Assembly (NCBI RefSeq): GCF_009914755.1
Contig: NC_060932.1
Reading direction: 5' to 3' (one strand)
Length of the DNA: 64,000 nt
From: the human T2T-CHM13v2.0 reference genome, Homo sapiens
Position numbers and translations under genes: made by a program. The notes beneath the pieces were generated by a model that saw nothing but the letters and a program-made list of their open reading frames with translations, was not told where the DNA came from and did not search any database. Shown here piece by piece: positions 42,726-58,626 of this stretch. The first letter of the stretch is position 1; every line of letters begins with the position of its first letter.

Positions 42726-43313
42726 TCTCATTTGGAACGGTTGCATTTACCCAATGTCTGTACCCCTATTGTATCTAGGAAATAACTAGCTTGTTTTTGA
42801 TTTTACAGGTTCATAGGTGGAAGGGACTTGCCTTCTCTCAGATGAGACTTTGGACTGTGGACTTTTGAGTTAATGTTGAAATCAGTTAAGACTTTGGGAG
42901 ACTGTTGGGAAGGCATGATTGGTTTTGAAATGTGAAGATATGAGACTTGGGAGGGGCCAGGGGCAGAATGATAGAGTTTGGCTCTATCCCCACCCAAATC
43001 TCATCTTGAGTTGTACTCCCGTAATTCCCGTGTGTTGTGGGAGGGACGCGGTGGGAGATAATTGAATCATGGGGGTGGCTTCCCCCATACTGTTCTCGGG
43101 GTAGTGAATAAGTCACACAAGATCTGATGGTTTCATAAGGGGGAGTTTCCTGCTGTCATCCATGTAAGACGTGACTTGCTCCTCCTTGCCTTCATCATGA
43201 TTGTGAGGCTTCTCCAGCAACGTGGAACTGTAAGTCCAATTAAACCTCTTTCTTTTGTAAATTGCCCAGTCTCGGGTATGTCTTCATCAGCAGCATAAAA
43301 ACAAACTAATACA
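42726..43313 (+). mobile_element. THE1 (MaLR) 3' internal fragment plus 3' LTR (LTR 42969-43313)
   Basis: Internal sequence ending in the PPT gggaggggccaggggcagaa, then tgatagagtttggctct...aaactaataca. Confidence 0.9.
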
Positions 43314-43357
43314 ACAACAGAGGGTTTATCAGTCAATGGATAAGAGTAGGCGTTTTG

Positions 43358-43648
43358 GGCCGGGTGTGACACCTGTAATCCCAGCACTTTGGGAGGCCGA
43401 GGCCGGCAGAATCACTAGAGGTCAGGAGTTTGAGACCAGCCTGGCCAACATGGTGAAACCCTATCTCTACCAAAAATACAAAAATAAGCCAGGTATGGTG
43501 ATACACACCTGTAGTCCCAGCTACTCAGGAGGCTGAGTCAGGAGAATTGCCTGAACCAAGGAGGCGGAAGTTGCAGTGAGCCGAGATTGTGCCACTGCAC
43601 TCCAGCCTAAATGGCAGAGTGAGACTCTGTCTTAAAAGAAAAAAAAAA
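43358..43648 (+). mobile_element. AluS
   Basis: Alu dimer; TSD-like aagagtaggcgtttt/aaaagtaggcctttt. Confidence 0.93.
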
Positions 43649-44637
43649 GTAGGCCTTTTTTTTTTTATTATTGCATAGATTGTGCTGTGGCCAAAACATT
43701 CAGCAAAACCATGCTCTAATTGGCCTCTGTGGCTATTCCCTTGAACGAGCAAGAAATAAGAGGACCTGCTGTTAAGGGGATATAAAGACAAGATAAGACC
43801 CAAAGAAGTCTCAGTCTCCACGACAGCTTGGGAAAGAACTACTGCAGTGCCAATAAATCTCTAGTATTCAGCCTGAGGCATGACATGCGGGGCTGAGCCA
43901 CACAAGAGCTAGAGACGCTCCCCGCAAGCAGAGGACAGTGCTTTTGTGGCAAAACATGGTTTTTAAAAAAATCACTTTTACTATTATTTTCTGGTTCTCT
44001 AAGTAGATAGCTTATTGTTAAACAGTTGGAAGATAGAAAAAAGCATAAAAAAGAAAATAAAAGCATTCAAATATTATACTCTAATGTTAACATCTTTACA
44101 GTCTTTTCCCTAAGTATTTGTATTTAACATAGTTTAAAATCACTACATATATATGTATAAATCATGATGTATCATATACACAAAGAAATACACCCACATA
44201 CATAGTTTGAAGTCTTGTTTTATTCTCTTAATATGCTATGAATATTTTCCCATCGTTAAAAATTAGTCTGCGAAATATTCTATCTTAGGGTTGTATCATA
44301 GCCTACAGAATGGTTCTCCTATTTTTTGGACTCTCAGCTCTTTTCCAAGTTTAAAAAAAAATGACTATTGTAGAAAAAGACCTGACAAACATCTTTGTGC
44401 TGAGTGTTTCTGCCTGCACTTACGACTGACTCTCAGGAACTGTTCCCAGACATGGAGCCACTCATTGGAGGGTGTGAGGTGTTTCAGGCTCAGAGGCCGA
44501 GTCTTCCAGAAGCCCATCTCCGAGCAGCATGGACAGGCCTGTCTCCCTCTCTACACCACTGCCAATACTGGCGATGATCAGTTTTGAATCTTTGCTAGTA
44601 ATAGGCAAAATGCCACTTCACTGATGTTTTAATGTGC

Positions 44638-44677
44638 AGGTCTGAATTACCCCTGAGGTCTGAATTACCCCTGAGGT
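44638..44677 (+). repeat. 18-bp perfect tandem duplication
   Basis: aggtctgaattacccctg x2. Confidence 0.9.
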
Positions 44678-47165
44678 TGAACATTTTTTCAGAAGCTTAC
44701 TAACCATGTCTCTTTCTTCTCTTGTGAGTAACCTACCCGTGCAGCAAGAGCTTCTAATTTTCCACCCAGCAAAAAGCTCCTCTTACTTCCCCGCCTCAAA
44801 GGCAGACTGAAGCAAACTAGTGCTCTCTTCAAACAAAAGGTCAGAATATTTCCTAAGTTTCATGAAAAAGGCCAGCTTAACTTCACTGCTTGATAATCCA
44901 AAAGGAACTAATAACTTTCACCTCTCAGTTGAGTTTGACAACAGTACCAGGTTCTCTTCCTGTTGAACACAGAAAAGAGAAACAGCCAGCAGGCAGCTCC
45001 CTGGGTCAGAGCACACGCTGGATGCTGCGGCCACTGGAACTACAACGGTGTGATATCTAATCTGGGGGTATCTTTCAAACAATTTCTGGTTGAGTAATCA
45101 TCACACTCTATTATCCTCCTCCAACCTTAACAAAACTGTAGCTAACTCTGCCCATAAAACAGAAAAGGGAAGAAAACAAAATGTAAGGAGCACTTGCTGT
45201 GTGCCAAGCCCGGCGCTGGGTGTTCTGTGTGTACGCTCATCTTTGTTAACTTACAGCCAGCCCAGGGAAGGCCAAGCTCTGCTTCATGTTACAGATGACA
45301 GGCTGCACCTCTGGGTGCCCAAGCCATCTGGCCCAACATCATGGAGCTAGCAAGCCTCGCTCAGAGCCTGTGTCACAGACTCCATCCTCTGTGTTTTGTC
45401 TTGAGCTTTACTTGGCTCTGCTTTGCTTAGGCAGGACACCTAAAGAGAGACCATTTCTTGCTCATGCTGTTTGCAGAGCAGCATGGGACAGAGACCCTGA
45501 AACTGCAGACCCTGCCTCCAACAGGCCTGCTGCTTGTGTTAACGGCCAACTGCTTCCCACATTTACAATTGCCTTCTCCTCTGCAGCCCTGGGATGGCCG
45601 ACGCTGGCAAAAATCCCAAAGGCCGCGTTCCTTTTCCTGCAGTGACAAAACTGGGGTACCAAGAAATCGAGTGACTCACCTAAGGTCACCCAGCTTCAAG
45701 TCCTATTGCCAGAATTCCAAGAGCCAAGGATGAATTCCCCAAACCACAGAGGGGCTCTACCTAATACCTCTATCCACCTCTAATACTTCTATCCACCTGG
45801 TCCCAGGCACAGCCCCTAAACCTGAGCCCCCTCCTCCTGGCTCCTCCCCACCAGGAAGTGACGGCAGCCCTGTGACTGTTAACCCGGAAAACTGCGAGAG
45901 GCTTTCCCATGGAGGGGTCCTCACACCTGGGTTCACCCCTGCCGGAAGACACTGCTGCATTGTGTGCAGCAGCTGCAAGGCCTGCGTCATGGAAGGCGAG
46001 AGCCCCTGGCCGGCTGCCCTGGTAGGTGACCTTGCTCTAAATTCAATGGCAGCACTGCCAGAACTTTGAATGAGGGCCGAGGCCATCAGGTTTGAGGCTT
46101 GTCACTCCTGTGGAGAGCAGAGCTCCCGATGACGGTGGGTGGCTGGAGAGATGTGGACGGGGTGTCTGCCCCACAGGGAGTGCCAGAGGGCATGCGGGGT
46201 GGTGGCGCTTGGCTGAGAGGCTCACAGGGAGACGACCCGCAGGCAGGGACACCCAGGTGCTGGAAGGTAAGGAAGAAACCCAGGGCCATCGAGGGGCACG
46301 AAGCTGAGATCACCTATTGCAGTCATCTTCCAGAGAGGAAGGGCGGAAGGCGCTGAGGTGTAGCTGGCAGTGGCCTGTCCATCGTGGTAGGCACCAGGGC
46401 AGCAGCGCAGCGGGAGATGGCGGCAGGCTTCAGAGCCCACCACCTGGGCTGGATGCCCAGCTCGGCTTGGAGGTGACTTTGGGGCGAGGCCTGACACTTC
46501 CCTGAGCATCTCTGTGGAATGCAGTCAGTGCCACCCGCACCTAACAGCTGGGAGGGTTTGCATGTTCTTAGCACCCACACAGGGTCTATTGTCACCAGGC
46601 CACAGGCCACGATCAGCTGAGTGCCTTGATGGCTCCATAACGGCTTTCTCAATGAGCAAGCTACTTTTCATAACAACAACAAAGCAACGACGCCTTGATG
46701 CCACATTCATGCCACCACCCTCACCACTTGGCCCCCGCAGCCTCGGAAGCCTGCCCACCTGCAGGTGTGGTTTGCACAGGACGGCACATCCCTCCTCGTC
46801 CTGGGTTTAAGCTTAAACACACAGGTGAGGTCTTATGTTGGGGTCAGTGACACATATCAGAGAATATTCATGCAATTCCCCATCAGAAGGTTTCCAAAAA
46901 GTGACTCGGAACCGTGGCTGATGCTCTGGCAAGTCACTGCAAAGGGGTGGGAAATCATTATCTTTGGAAACTGCGTGGAAAAGGCCAGTGAGGAAACCCG
47001 CGCAGAACTGACGGCGAAGGCACCTGCCTCGTCTGCAGCGGGTGTTGGCGGGAATGGCCTTTTGGGCGGGCTCCTGGAGGGTGGCGGTGCCGGGCCCTGC
47101 CCAGGGGTCTGCCCAGCAAGGTAACAGCTCTTTGAGTGATGCCTTTTTGCTAGAGTGGGTTCTAA

Positions 47166-47504
<339 letters not shown>

Positions 47505-49091
47505 TGAGGACAAGGCGTATTACCCGCTGTTCGTGTCTGACCAAGACAAGAATCTGGGTCTGGGCCCACAGTCCAGGATTCTCTGCAGAACAGGAGGGCT
47601 TCTGCGGGGAACATCAGGGCAGAGACATCTTCCCTGAATGGGCAGAGGGGACAAGAGGCCAGTCCTTGCCACAGCTGTCTGCTGACCCAGAGAGCAATCT
47701 TTGGTCCTGGGCTGGGAGCTCTGTGAGGGAAGGGCTGTCTGAGTCACCTGCGTCTCTTCCACACAAGCCTTAGCTTCTCTACACCCAAACTTCCTTTTGG
47801 AAAATAAGAAGCATACTTGTTGGGTCACTGGTCACCCTGTGAGGAAGGGGCTTGTGCGTGTGAATGCACTTGGCACTTTGAAATGCTCTCTAGAGATTCG
47901 CTAAAGGGAATAGACTTAAATCCTAGATGGAGGAAAGGACCAGGCCCACACAAATCTTCCAAGGCAGGACTTCAGGGGAGCTTATATTTAGGTCAGTGCA
48001 ATTACTTTTGTACAGGCCTATAAAACACACAATCAAACTATGGCTCTTCTGGGAGGCTTGTCCCACTACATAAACCCCTCAAGACACTGTCCTCCTGGAA
48101 TAGTCACCTTCGCTCACAATTTTAAAGTTCCTCACAATGTGCAAAACACACTGGGGTTTAGTTTTTTAAATCTGATTGAGGCTGATACACCCCACTTTGT
48201 AAGATTTTGTGTAGATTAGATAAGATAGATGGTGGATACAAACGGTCAGCGAAGCATCCGGTACATAAATAGCGCTCTATAAATAGTGGCTGCTGTCATG
48301 ATTCTGAAACCCGCATTACAGATGGAGAGACCAAGGAGCTGAGGCGCTAAGGAGATGACCTAAGGTTGCAAAGTGAAAAGCAAGGCCAAGGAGGGGCTTC
48401 ATTTCAAATACCAGATGCGGGGCCGGCCCTCCATCCACTCCTCGGAACGCGGCACTCCGCGGCCTCCCGGGTAGACGGTCTCCACCACTACTTGCTTCTG
48501 TTCATCTCTGACGGCAGAGTTAAATAAAATTAATACTATTATTGAATGCCAATTTTCATGTTTAATTTTATGGCCAAATGTGACAATAATAGTCAAGAGT
48601 TGGCACTAAAAAAAGGTGCTGTGATTTTTGAAGAGTCTATAAAAAAATGGTGGTTTTTAAAATACCAGATCATATGATTCAGTCTTTGAACAGCGGATAG
48701 CCTCACCAGGGAAGTCACAATGACATTTAAATACAAATCAAGGAGTCGGATCTCAGGAGGCTAGCCACATATAATTCAACTGAACTTTCATTGAGAGATA
48801 GTTGTTAGTTATAAGACTAGCTTTCCAAATGTATGTGGTACATCATATGTGAATCGATTGCCTGTGCAGAACACCAGCCTATGCTGTTTTGCAAAGAAGT
48901 ACGATGCCAAGTGAGAGGGAAGCAGTCATCTTCCTGACTCGTCCATCCTGAATGAGAAGGGACTTTGAGCAGACAAGGAAATGGCGTGAACACGGACGTA
49001 TGGATCACGCCCTGAGAGAGGATCATTTTATCCTTCAGCCTCCTAGATCAATTATGGTAAAAAAGAGAAATCCTTCTTCATTATTATTTTC

Positions 49092-49409
49092 TTTTTTTTT
49101 TTTTTTTTTTTTTTTTTTGTTGAGACGGAGTCTCGCTCTGTTGCCCAGGACGGAGTGCAGTGGCGCGATCTCGGCTTACTGCAAGCTCCGCCTCCCAGGT
49201 TCATGCCATTCTCCATTCTCCTGCCTCAGCCTCCCAAGTAGCTGGGACTACACGCGCCTGCCACCATGCCAGGCTAATTTTTTCTATTTTTAGTAGAGAC
49301 GGGGTTTCACTGTGTTAGCCCGGATGGTCTCGATCTCCTGACCTTGTGATCTGCCTGCCTCGGCCTCCCAAAGTGCTGGGATTACAGGCTTGAGCCACCG
49401 CACCCGGCC
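49092..49409 (-). mobile_element. AluY
   Basis: Y diagnostics ctgcaagctccgcc, gccattctc, tgttagcc.ggatggtctcgatctc; long poly(T); TSD attattatttt. Confidence 0.93.
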
Positions 49410-51324
49410 ATTATTATTTTCAATTAAAGGGGAAAGATAAGCTGTATTTTGAAAGTCAAAGCTCTAGGTGATCCAATCAAAGCACCATCGGAGAATGCAC
49501 CAACACCAAAGCAATGGCGCCCCCGTCCCCCGGGCCTGCTGTGGGCCCACCCCGCTGCCAAGCAACAGGCTCGGTCGCCACCGCCTCCATCTTCGCAGCA
49601 GCCCTGGGAGGGAGCAGATTCTCCTGTTGCAGAAAATAAGGTCGCTTGCCCAAGGCCACAGAGATGGCAAATGGGAGACGGAGAAGTCAAAGCCAGGCTG
49701 GCAGGAGCCAGGAACCTGTGGTAAGCGTTGACTGAAAGGGTCCACAGAGTCGTCCCCATCGCCTGAACTCGGGCACACATGCTGACAGGTGCTTGGAGAT
49801 AATACTGCTCGTTGTTAACAAGCAGCCCAGCACTCCCACAGCCAGCTGTGGCCCATGCAGTTAGGGGACTGAGAGCTCTGCCAGAGGTCCGTTCTGCAAA
49901 TAAACAAGCTGTGGCCTGGGGCCAGGCAGTCTGTGGTCCTGTTCTTTGCTCCATGTAGGGCTAGAGAAAACACTCAATGGGAGAAACTTGGGGAGGTGCA
50001 AGCATGAGACAGAGCCTCGCACTCCTTCAATCATGGAAGTCTGTGATTCGCAGGCATCTTGTTTTCTGAATCTTGAGCTCCTCACTGTAAATTGGAGGTT
50101 GCGTGAGGCCCATTATTTCTTCAGTTTGGATTCTGTGAGTTCAGAGAAGGCCAAGGGTTGGAAGTAGAGTGAGCATCAGGAAACGGTGGCCTCTTGCTGC
50201 AGAGGTGGCTTCTCCGAAGAGGGATGGTGTGCTCTGAGCACTCTGCTTCCTCGATCTGTCAGCCTGGCTGGTCTCCCAGGGAGGGAACCTGCGAAGAGCC
50301 CCCGACCCTGCACTGGGAAAGCCCCAAATACACAGCTTCTCATTTTATGCTTACGGAGATCCTATATCACTACCCTCAGGTCACAGAGAGGTGCACTGAG
50401 TTCATATGAGTGGAAATTACCCGCCAGTCACCAGAGCGTGAGCAAACCGGCCAGAGCGAGGGGCCCTCCCCGGCCCTCCCACCACGGAGCCGGCTCCCCT
50501 TGCCCTTTAGGACTCAGCCAGACACCGCCTTCCCTGAGCAGTGCTGTTCTCAGCGTGGAAGTGCCCGACATCGGGAGCTTCTCCCTCCATCCCAGCCAGC
50601 ACTGCTGTGGGAAGCACAGCCCCTTCGCTTGCACTTCTCCGGATCAATGTTTATTTTAGGACCTTTAAGTATTGTTTTCTTCAGCGCAGAAAATAGTGCT
50701 TAATAAAATGGAATTCACCTAATGCCACTGGCTGCCAGCTGCCCTCCCTCTCCAAACGGCAGAAGGCAGTGCAAGACCTGGGCTCCTCCTGCACCACGGG
50801 TCATTTTAAATTGATTTCTTTCTGCAGAGGCCTCCTGAGGAAGCAGTTTTTCCATCTTAACGGGACTGCTTGGCCCGCTGGGTCCAAACAGCCACAGGTC
50901 CAGCAAAAGCAGGGAGGAGCCGGTGCCCGGAGCTTCATTCCCCACGGCCTCTGACACACAGCATGCAGGGCCAGGTCTTGGAGTCAGTAGGCAGAGCTCA
51001 GGCGCCCACCACTGCTCTCGACTCCCCGAGGCTTTGGCGCCCGGGCTAGTGTCCCGGCTGCAGGGCTGCATTCGGGAAGGGGTGCTGTGCCGAGGAAGGG
51101 CATGGGCTTGCAGCAACACGGACTGGAGCGCAACCCTCTTCTCACCTGTTTGCTTTGTGACCGGAGGCAAGTCACTTGAGTGTCCCCAGGCCTTGGTTTT
51201 TGATCCACAACGTGGATCTCCTATATTGCAGGGCTAGTCGGGATTTGGGAGAATTGATTTGAACCACTTGGCACATAATTGGTGCTCAAAACAATTATAG
51301 CTATTATAATGCTTTTGGGAGCAA

Positions 51325-51460
51325 TTCAAAAGTTTTAAAGTGGACGACGGTGATGGTTGCACAACTCTGTGAATAAACAAAAATCACTGAGCCGTACACT
51401 TCAAATGGGTAAATTGCATTGTGTGCAAATCAAATCTCAATAAAGCTGTTATTAAAAAAT
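51325..51460 (+). mobile_element. Old L1M extreme 3' end
   Basis: ggtgatggttgcacaactctgtgaat...tctcaataaagctgttattaaaaaa. Confidence 0.75.
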
Positions 51461-51857
51461 ATGGCTATTAAAGGAAGTTATCATGATAAAGATCAAACGA
51501 GGTAGCTTTTAGGAAGACATTTTGTGAAGGTATAAAATGCAAGATAAATATGAGATGTTCTGGGCATTATTTTCACCCATTGACCTGTGTTCATAGGTAA
51601 CACTTCACTCAAGCTAATATCAGGGTGTCTGCGTCTCCACTCCATCCTTACCTTGGTTGTGTCAGAGCTGTTTTCTTCAACTTGGTGCCCCCCATGCTAC
51701 CAGTGTGTGGCCCAGAGCAGGTGCGGAGGACCCCATGCACAGGAAGGCAGTGGCTTGAGGGCCCAAGGCAGCACGGTCTCCATGCTCCCTAGTTTTACCC
51801 TTCATGACCCGCTCAGACTCCAGGCGCGGCATGGCACTGCCCGGACCCTTCCGCCTA

Positions 51858-52328
<471 letters not shown>

Positions 52329-53730
52329 TTAAAGTCTGAAAGACCTGGTTTCTGCCTGGGTCTACTTCTAATCTGCCGTGCCCTTGGGCAAGTCACCCTG
52401 TCCCTGAGCCTCCCTCCTGGTCTGTAAAGAAAGGAGCCGCTGCCTACACAGTGGCAGCCAGGAGCCAGTGAGTGACCTACGTGGGCCCAGGGCAGGGCAC
52501 ACAGCTGGGGCTCCAACAGGGCTCACTCCCTCCTGCTTTCTGAATTGTAATGGAAAATCAACTGTTTTGAAGTTTCTCTGCCTTAGATGACAGAGAACCA
52601 GAGTGTTTCCTTGCTTTTCCAAAGCGTCATGTTCAGCTCACAGTAAGCTGGAAAAAATCTGCTACCACAGCAACTGCCTAGGTGAAGGAACTAGGTTCAG
52701 GACCAGCAGCACCTGCAGAGGCAGCTAAGTTACAGTTCCACACTTCCTTAAATGAAAAGCTGGTGCATTGACAAAATCTCAGCTCCTCTCAGTTCCTCTT
52801 AGGTTCTTCTGGAATGCCTGGCTGAACTCGAGGAGAGAGGTCAAGGAATGGCAGTGTGGTGGTCACAGAGTCTGCTTCTGCTTCCATCACCTCTGCCACA
52901 GATGTGGCTGCATCCCACACCTGCCGTAACAGGTCTCTGAAGGTGTGGGTGCCACAACTGGGAGGCCACCCTGCCAAGCAAGCGGGACCTTGGCAGCCCC
53001 CATCACACTCATGTAATTTGGATCTTGCAGCACAGCTAGAGGACACTGGCCACTCCTGTGAAACACAGGCTGATGGAACCACTCGGCTGTAGTCTCCTGA
53101 GGCCCTGCAGTCTCACCATACCACGCGACTCCTCCCGCTAATGTGTGAGGGCAGGCAGTCATCACATCACGGCAGAAACAGGGATGCCGCCCAGGGCCAG
53201 ATCTGAGGGCAGAAGCTTGGGACAAATCACACTGGGTTTGGTTCAGCAGTGTTCAGAGAACAGCTGTCATCTTGCAGGCCCTAAACTCAGTGCATGGGGA
53301 CATAAAATGAATCAGAAACAAGCCCTTATCTTTCCAGGAGCTTCAGAAGCCCATGAGAGAGATGGACAACAGAGAGCCGGGCTTCATTTGTGTAAGCTGT
53401 GGTAAGTGCTACGATACAGAACTTTTAGCATGTTAGAGGAGTATGCAGTATCAGGCACTGATCCTGCCTGAGAAGCTTCAGGAAGAGCTGGAGAGAAGTG
53501 TTGACCAAGTTAAGACACACAGTAAGGGGAGCTGGCAGGTAGAGGGCTGTGGGTAGAGAAGGACCATCCCAGATAGAGGGAGCATTACTTGCAAAGAGCC
53601 AGGTGGACTAGTGCATGCAGGCCAGCCAGGGACCCTGGATGATCATCTGAGTGGACAGAGGGGCCGGGGGAGGGACACAGCTGAGAGGTAAGCAGGGGCC
53701 AGATAAGAAAGGGCTATGGGCTGCATTCAG

Positions 53731-53900
53731 GTGCACACCTGCCCCGCTGCTGCCGCATCCGAGAGCGCACACATCTGCCCCCTCCTCCCCGCCGCGTCTG
53801 GGAGTGCACACCTGCCCCCCACTGCCACATCTGGGAGCGTACACAGCTCAACCCCCGCCCCCAACACCAGCCTCATCCAGGGGTGTGCACACCTGCCCCT
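53731..53900 (+). repeat. Degenerate GC-rich minisatellite (~35-45-bp units)
   Basis: Recurring gtgcacacctgcccc...gccRcRtcYgRgag. Confidence 0.8.
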
Positions 53901-54114
53901 CCCTGCTGTCAGAGAAGCCCACATGGAAATAAATGTCAAAGGCTAGTGTTCAGAACATAGGAAATCAAGCAAGGTAGCACAGAGAAGAAACAACAGAAGA
54001 AAGTAAAGAACATTAACTATAGAGAGTGAGAATATTTACTGTTCGCAACAATCACATATGTTAACTCATTTATTTTCATTTCCTTCCAAGGTTGATCTTT
54101 GAAATGGTTTGGTG

Positions 54115-54480
<366 letters not shown>

Positions 54481-55402
54481 TCAAGTCTACGTGGACACAC
54501 AGGACATGTCATTCCCTGGGCCTCCAGACAGGCATGGCTGGCAGTGAGAGCTGGGGCAGCCTCCATAGGAGGGCAGGTGAGGCAGGGCTTCCTCCCCCAG
54601 TTCCAGGTGAGACGTGGCCCAGAGGCCAAAGCCCAGGACCCAGATCTGAGGTTCCCAAGGAAAAGTGCATCTTCCTGCCTTCCTCACACAGAGGCAGGCG
54701 AGAGGTAAAGGACGGGTCCAAATCCATCCCGTGGACACTAGACAGAGCTGGGACACGAAGCTCAGGCCCAGAGAGCTGAAGGTAGAGAGGGAAAGAATGA
54801 GGAACCTCTCTGGCCACTTTTGCTCCTGGTATGTCATTAAAGCAAGCAAGCAAGAGAAATTGGCAGGAGTGTTTTTGGCACCTGGATTTCAGAAACACTG
54901 TGGCAGCCTCCCTCATCAGGCTCATCAGAAACCACAGAACCAGCAGAGTCAAGCCCTACAACAGCTTTTGTAGAAGAGCTGCAGATGGGCCGGACTGGTA
55001 AGCCAGCTAAAACACAGTATTAATGAAAATCTACTGAGGGACACCGTGCCTAGGTCATCAGCCTCCATGGAAATAAACATCCCTGTATAATCATCTCCCC
55101 GCTAAGTGGAGCTGAACCTATACAAGAAGACTACGTTGCAGCAATCTTTTTCGACAGAAATCTTTCCATGTTAAGATGCAAATTTCCCTTCTTTCTACAG
55201 GATGCCTGCCTCAGTGTGACCCTGTGACAACATGCCATGGGGGCTCAGGTGACATGTAAAATGCCATGCCGTGGGTTTCTTCCGGCGCCCCATCTGAACA
55301 CATGGGAGCTGCACGGGCCTCTGCGGCCGGCATTGCTCGCATTGGTGTCCCCACCCCGAACTCACGTTTCACTCAACACTCTGCTCCTGTCATTCCCAAG
55401 TT

Positions 55403-55454
55403 TCAGCCCCACCTCCACCTGGCTAACCTCATCTCAGCCCCACCTCCACCTGGC
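55403..55454 (+). repeat. 31-bp period tandem duplication
   Basis: tcagccccacctccacctggc at 55403 and 55434. Confidence 0.85.
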
Positions 55455-57359
55455 AAAATTCTCCATCTGCTGGCCTCCTCTCCCTGTGCTTCTAGTGGCT
55501 TCCCTGACGAAGCACGTCTGAGGAGGCCAGCACTGCACATGTGCAGAGTCCTCAGAAGAGCGGAGACAGAAGGTCTGTGTGTTCACCTTTCTAGCACCTG
55601 AATCAATGCCTCAGACATAGCAGGTATTGAAGAACAGGCTGGTGGAACTAAGAGGCACCCAAAAGCCTCCTGGAGAGAACGACTCAGTAGAGAGCTGACT
55701 GGTTTTAAGGCAGTGAAATGCCCCCATTTTGTTAACAAAATGCCTCAATCATATTGAATCAGTAGCTATTAGTTTAAAAATGCTATTATATCTAATTACA
55801 TATTTCATCAATTCTAAGTGAAATCTCATTTTCCCTAGATTAAAGGGGGGAAAACAAACAGGAAAAGGACATACTCAAATGTGCCTTGCAAACAATCAAC
55901 AAGGTCCATGCCGAGCACGGGGAGGGGGCATGGCCAGGACCCCACAGGCCTTCTTGTCCCAGGCCCCAGAGCTCAGTGCAGGGTGACAGAGAAGAACTCC
56001 AGGGTGTGGAGTCACAGAAACCCAGACTTTCATCCAAGCTCTGCCTCAGTATCAGTGTCATCCTGGATAAATCAGTCAAGCCTCTTGAAGTGTTTTCTTG
56101 CTGTGAAGGTGAAGGACAATAATGCCAACCTGAGAGTGTAACGGTGAGGTTTGAAAAGCCGCAGGCCAAGCGCTGGGCACAGAGCATGCACCTGATGGCC
56201 AGCAGTGGTACCTGGCAACACTGCTTCCCATGGACGACAGGAGCCCTGCACCTGACCCGGCCACATGGAGCTGAAGGGACAGCAGAGGTCACAGAAAATG
56301 CCAGAACCTCCTTAGGAAAGGCATTCAAAGCCCCCCAACTCCCTGGGCCCATGGACCTCTGGTTCTTGCCTGCATACGTGTACCACGGGACTGCATCCTG
56401 CCTGGGAACCGTCAACGCACCATCATGCTGCCGGGCCCTGGCACAATCCTATTCCAGCCACCAGGAAGCCCTGCCTTCAACTCTTAGCCTAGGAATCGAC
56501 TGGTTCTTCAGGGATAAGCTCCAATACAGTCTGCTTTGTAAGCCACCTGGACTTCTCCCCATCCCACCCCCAGGAACCAAGCCCTCGCTATACCCATCAG
56601 TCTGTGCTCACACTTTAACCCATCATCAGCCACGCTTGATGGCACTGGTTTCTTTGGATACCTATTTCGTCCACCTCCTTCGCTCCTGGACCGTGAATTC
56701 TACAGAGTGAGGGAATTACATCTTACTCATCTTTTACAGGCCTAGAACTCAAGGGCTCATTACATGTTTGCTGAATGAGTTACTGGAAACGGCCTTAGAT
56801 CACCTGAATGACTTTCATGAGCAGGGGGGTCAGCGGTGTTCAGTGTGGCCCCAGAGGGTAGAGCCAGAGCAGACGGCCTGCAGCGGCCACCAGCTTCGTG
56901 TTCTCCAGCACGAGGGGCCACCCCACTACAACTCACGCCTCCCACTGCCTACAGGGGAAAGCTCCCGAAAAGCACACAAAAACAGCTCCCTGAGGAATCC
57001 GGGAGTAAAACAAAAGCAGCAGAATGTGGAGGAGTCGACACATGGAATGAGCTCGCCCACGGGGTGGCGGCGCCTCCCACTTTTCCCTCGACCTTTCCTC
57101 CACAGTGTGGAAAAAAATGCCCCGTTACAGAGCATCAGGCAACAGCACTGGAGGCCGAAACTCTAACAGAAATATCGCCTTTCTGCCCAGGAAAAGGGGT
57201 GGAGTCTTTGTAGGCTGCAGAGTTGCATATGGAGGTGGGGGAATCTTAGAGGCGAGAGAGCTAGAGAAGTGGACCCTTTCATTCTGCATAGAAACCTGCA
57301 GAAATCTCGGATTGATCCCTGAGCAAAACAGACCCAACCGAACAGTACAAAGCTGTAAA

Positions 57360-57733
<374 letters not shown>

Positions 57734-58518
57734 TCAGATTTACCTCTGAGTTATGTACAGGATAGACCTCAGCAGCATGGGAAAGCCGTGAAATGAGATT
57801 TGAGCCACACACGTGTCTCAGCCTGACTCCCCAAGAGGCACACGGGTGGGACAGACCCAATGGTGTGCTGCAGCTAGCTGGTTCCCGCTCCCAGGAGCCA
57901 ACTGTTAGCATCTCTTCTCCACTCTTCATCCAGTGACGTCACGTGGATAGCCTGAAATTGCCCAGAAGGCAAGTATTTGCACTACAAAAATCAGCAAATG
58001 CTATGATCCAAGGCTGGTTGTTAAAAATTAACCAAGTCACACTGGAGAGACCCAGAACAATGCAGCAGAGGCCTGGGGAGGTGAGCTTGAGGAGCTGAGA
58101 TGTGACCTCCCATCCCAATAGGGCCAGGCAGAACTTAAGGTCTGAACCTAACTGGACTGAGGACCTGACAAGACAAATCATCACTATTCTCCAGAGGCTC
58201 CCAAGAGAACCCACAGTCTGCAAAAAATAACACCCACAATGCCCAAGACACAATGGGAAACTGACAACAGGAACGAGATCGATTCAGAAGAACGAATGGG
58301 TACCCCAAGATCACCCAAATGCTGGAGCCACAAGACAGTCTTTAAAGCAGCCGCTATAACCAGACTCCCGTGACAAAAGAAAACACATTCAAAATGAAGT
58401 TTTAAAAATAGGAATTTACAACAAAGAAATAGAAAATATAAAAGAGAGGCAAGTGGACATTTTACAACTTAAAAATACAATGAATTAAAATAAAAAAAAA
58501 AAAAAAAACTCCTGAATA

Positions 58519-58626
58519 GCTTGAACCTGGGAGGCGGAGGTTGCAGTGAGCTGAGATTGCGCCACTGCACTCCAGCCTGGGTGACAGGGTGAGACTCTGC
58601 CTCAGAAAAAAACAAACAAACAAAAA
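58519..58626 (+). mobile_element. 5'-truncated Alu (right-arm 3' part)
   Basis: gcttgaacctgggaggcggagg...; TSD-like ctcctgaat on both sides. Confidence 0.88.

Noticed and set aside
48415-48485. CpG-rich patch as a CpG island or imprinted DMR
   Set aside because: Too short (~70 bp) to support the call from sequence alone.
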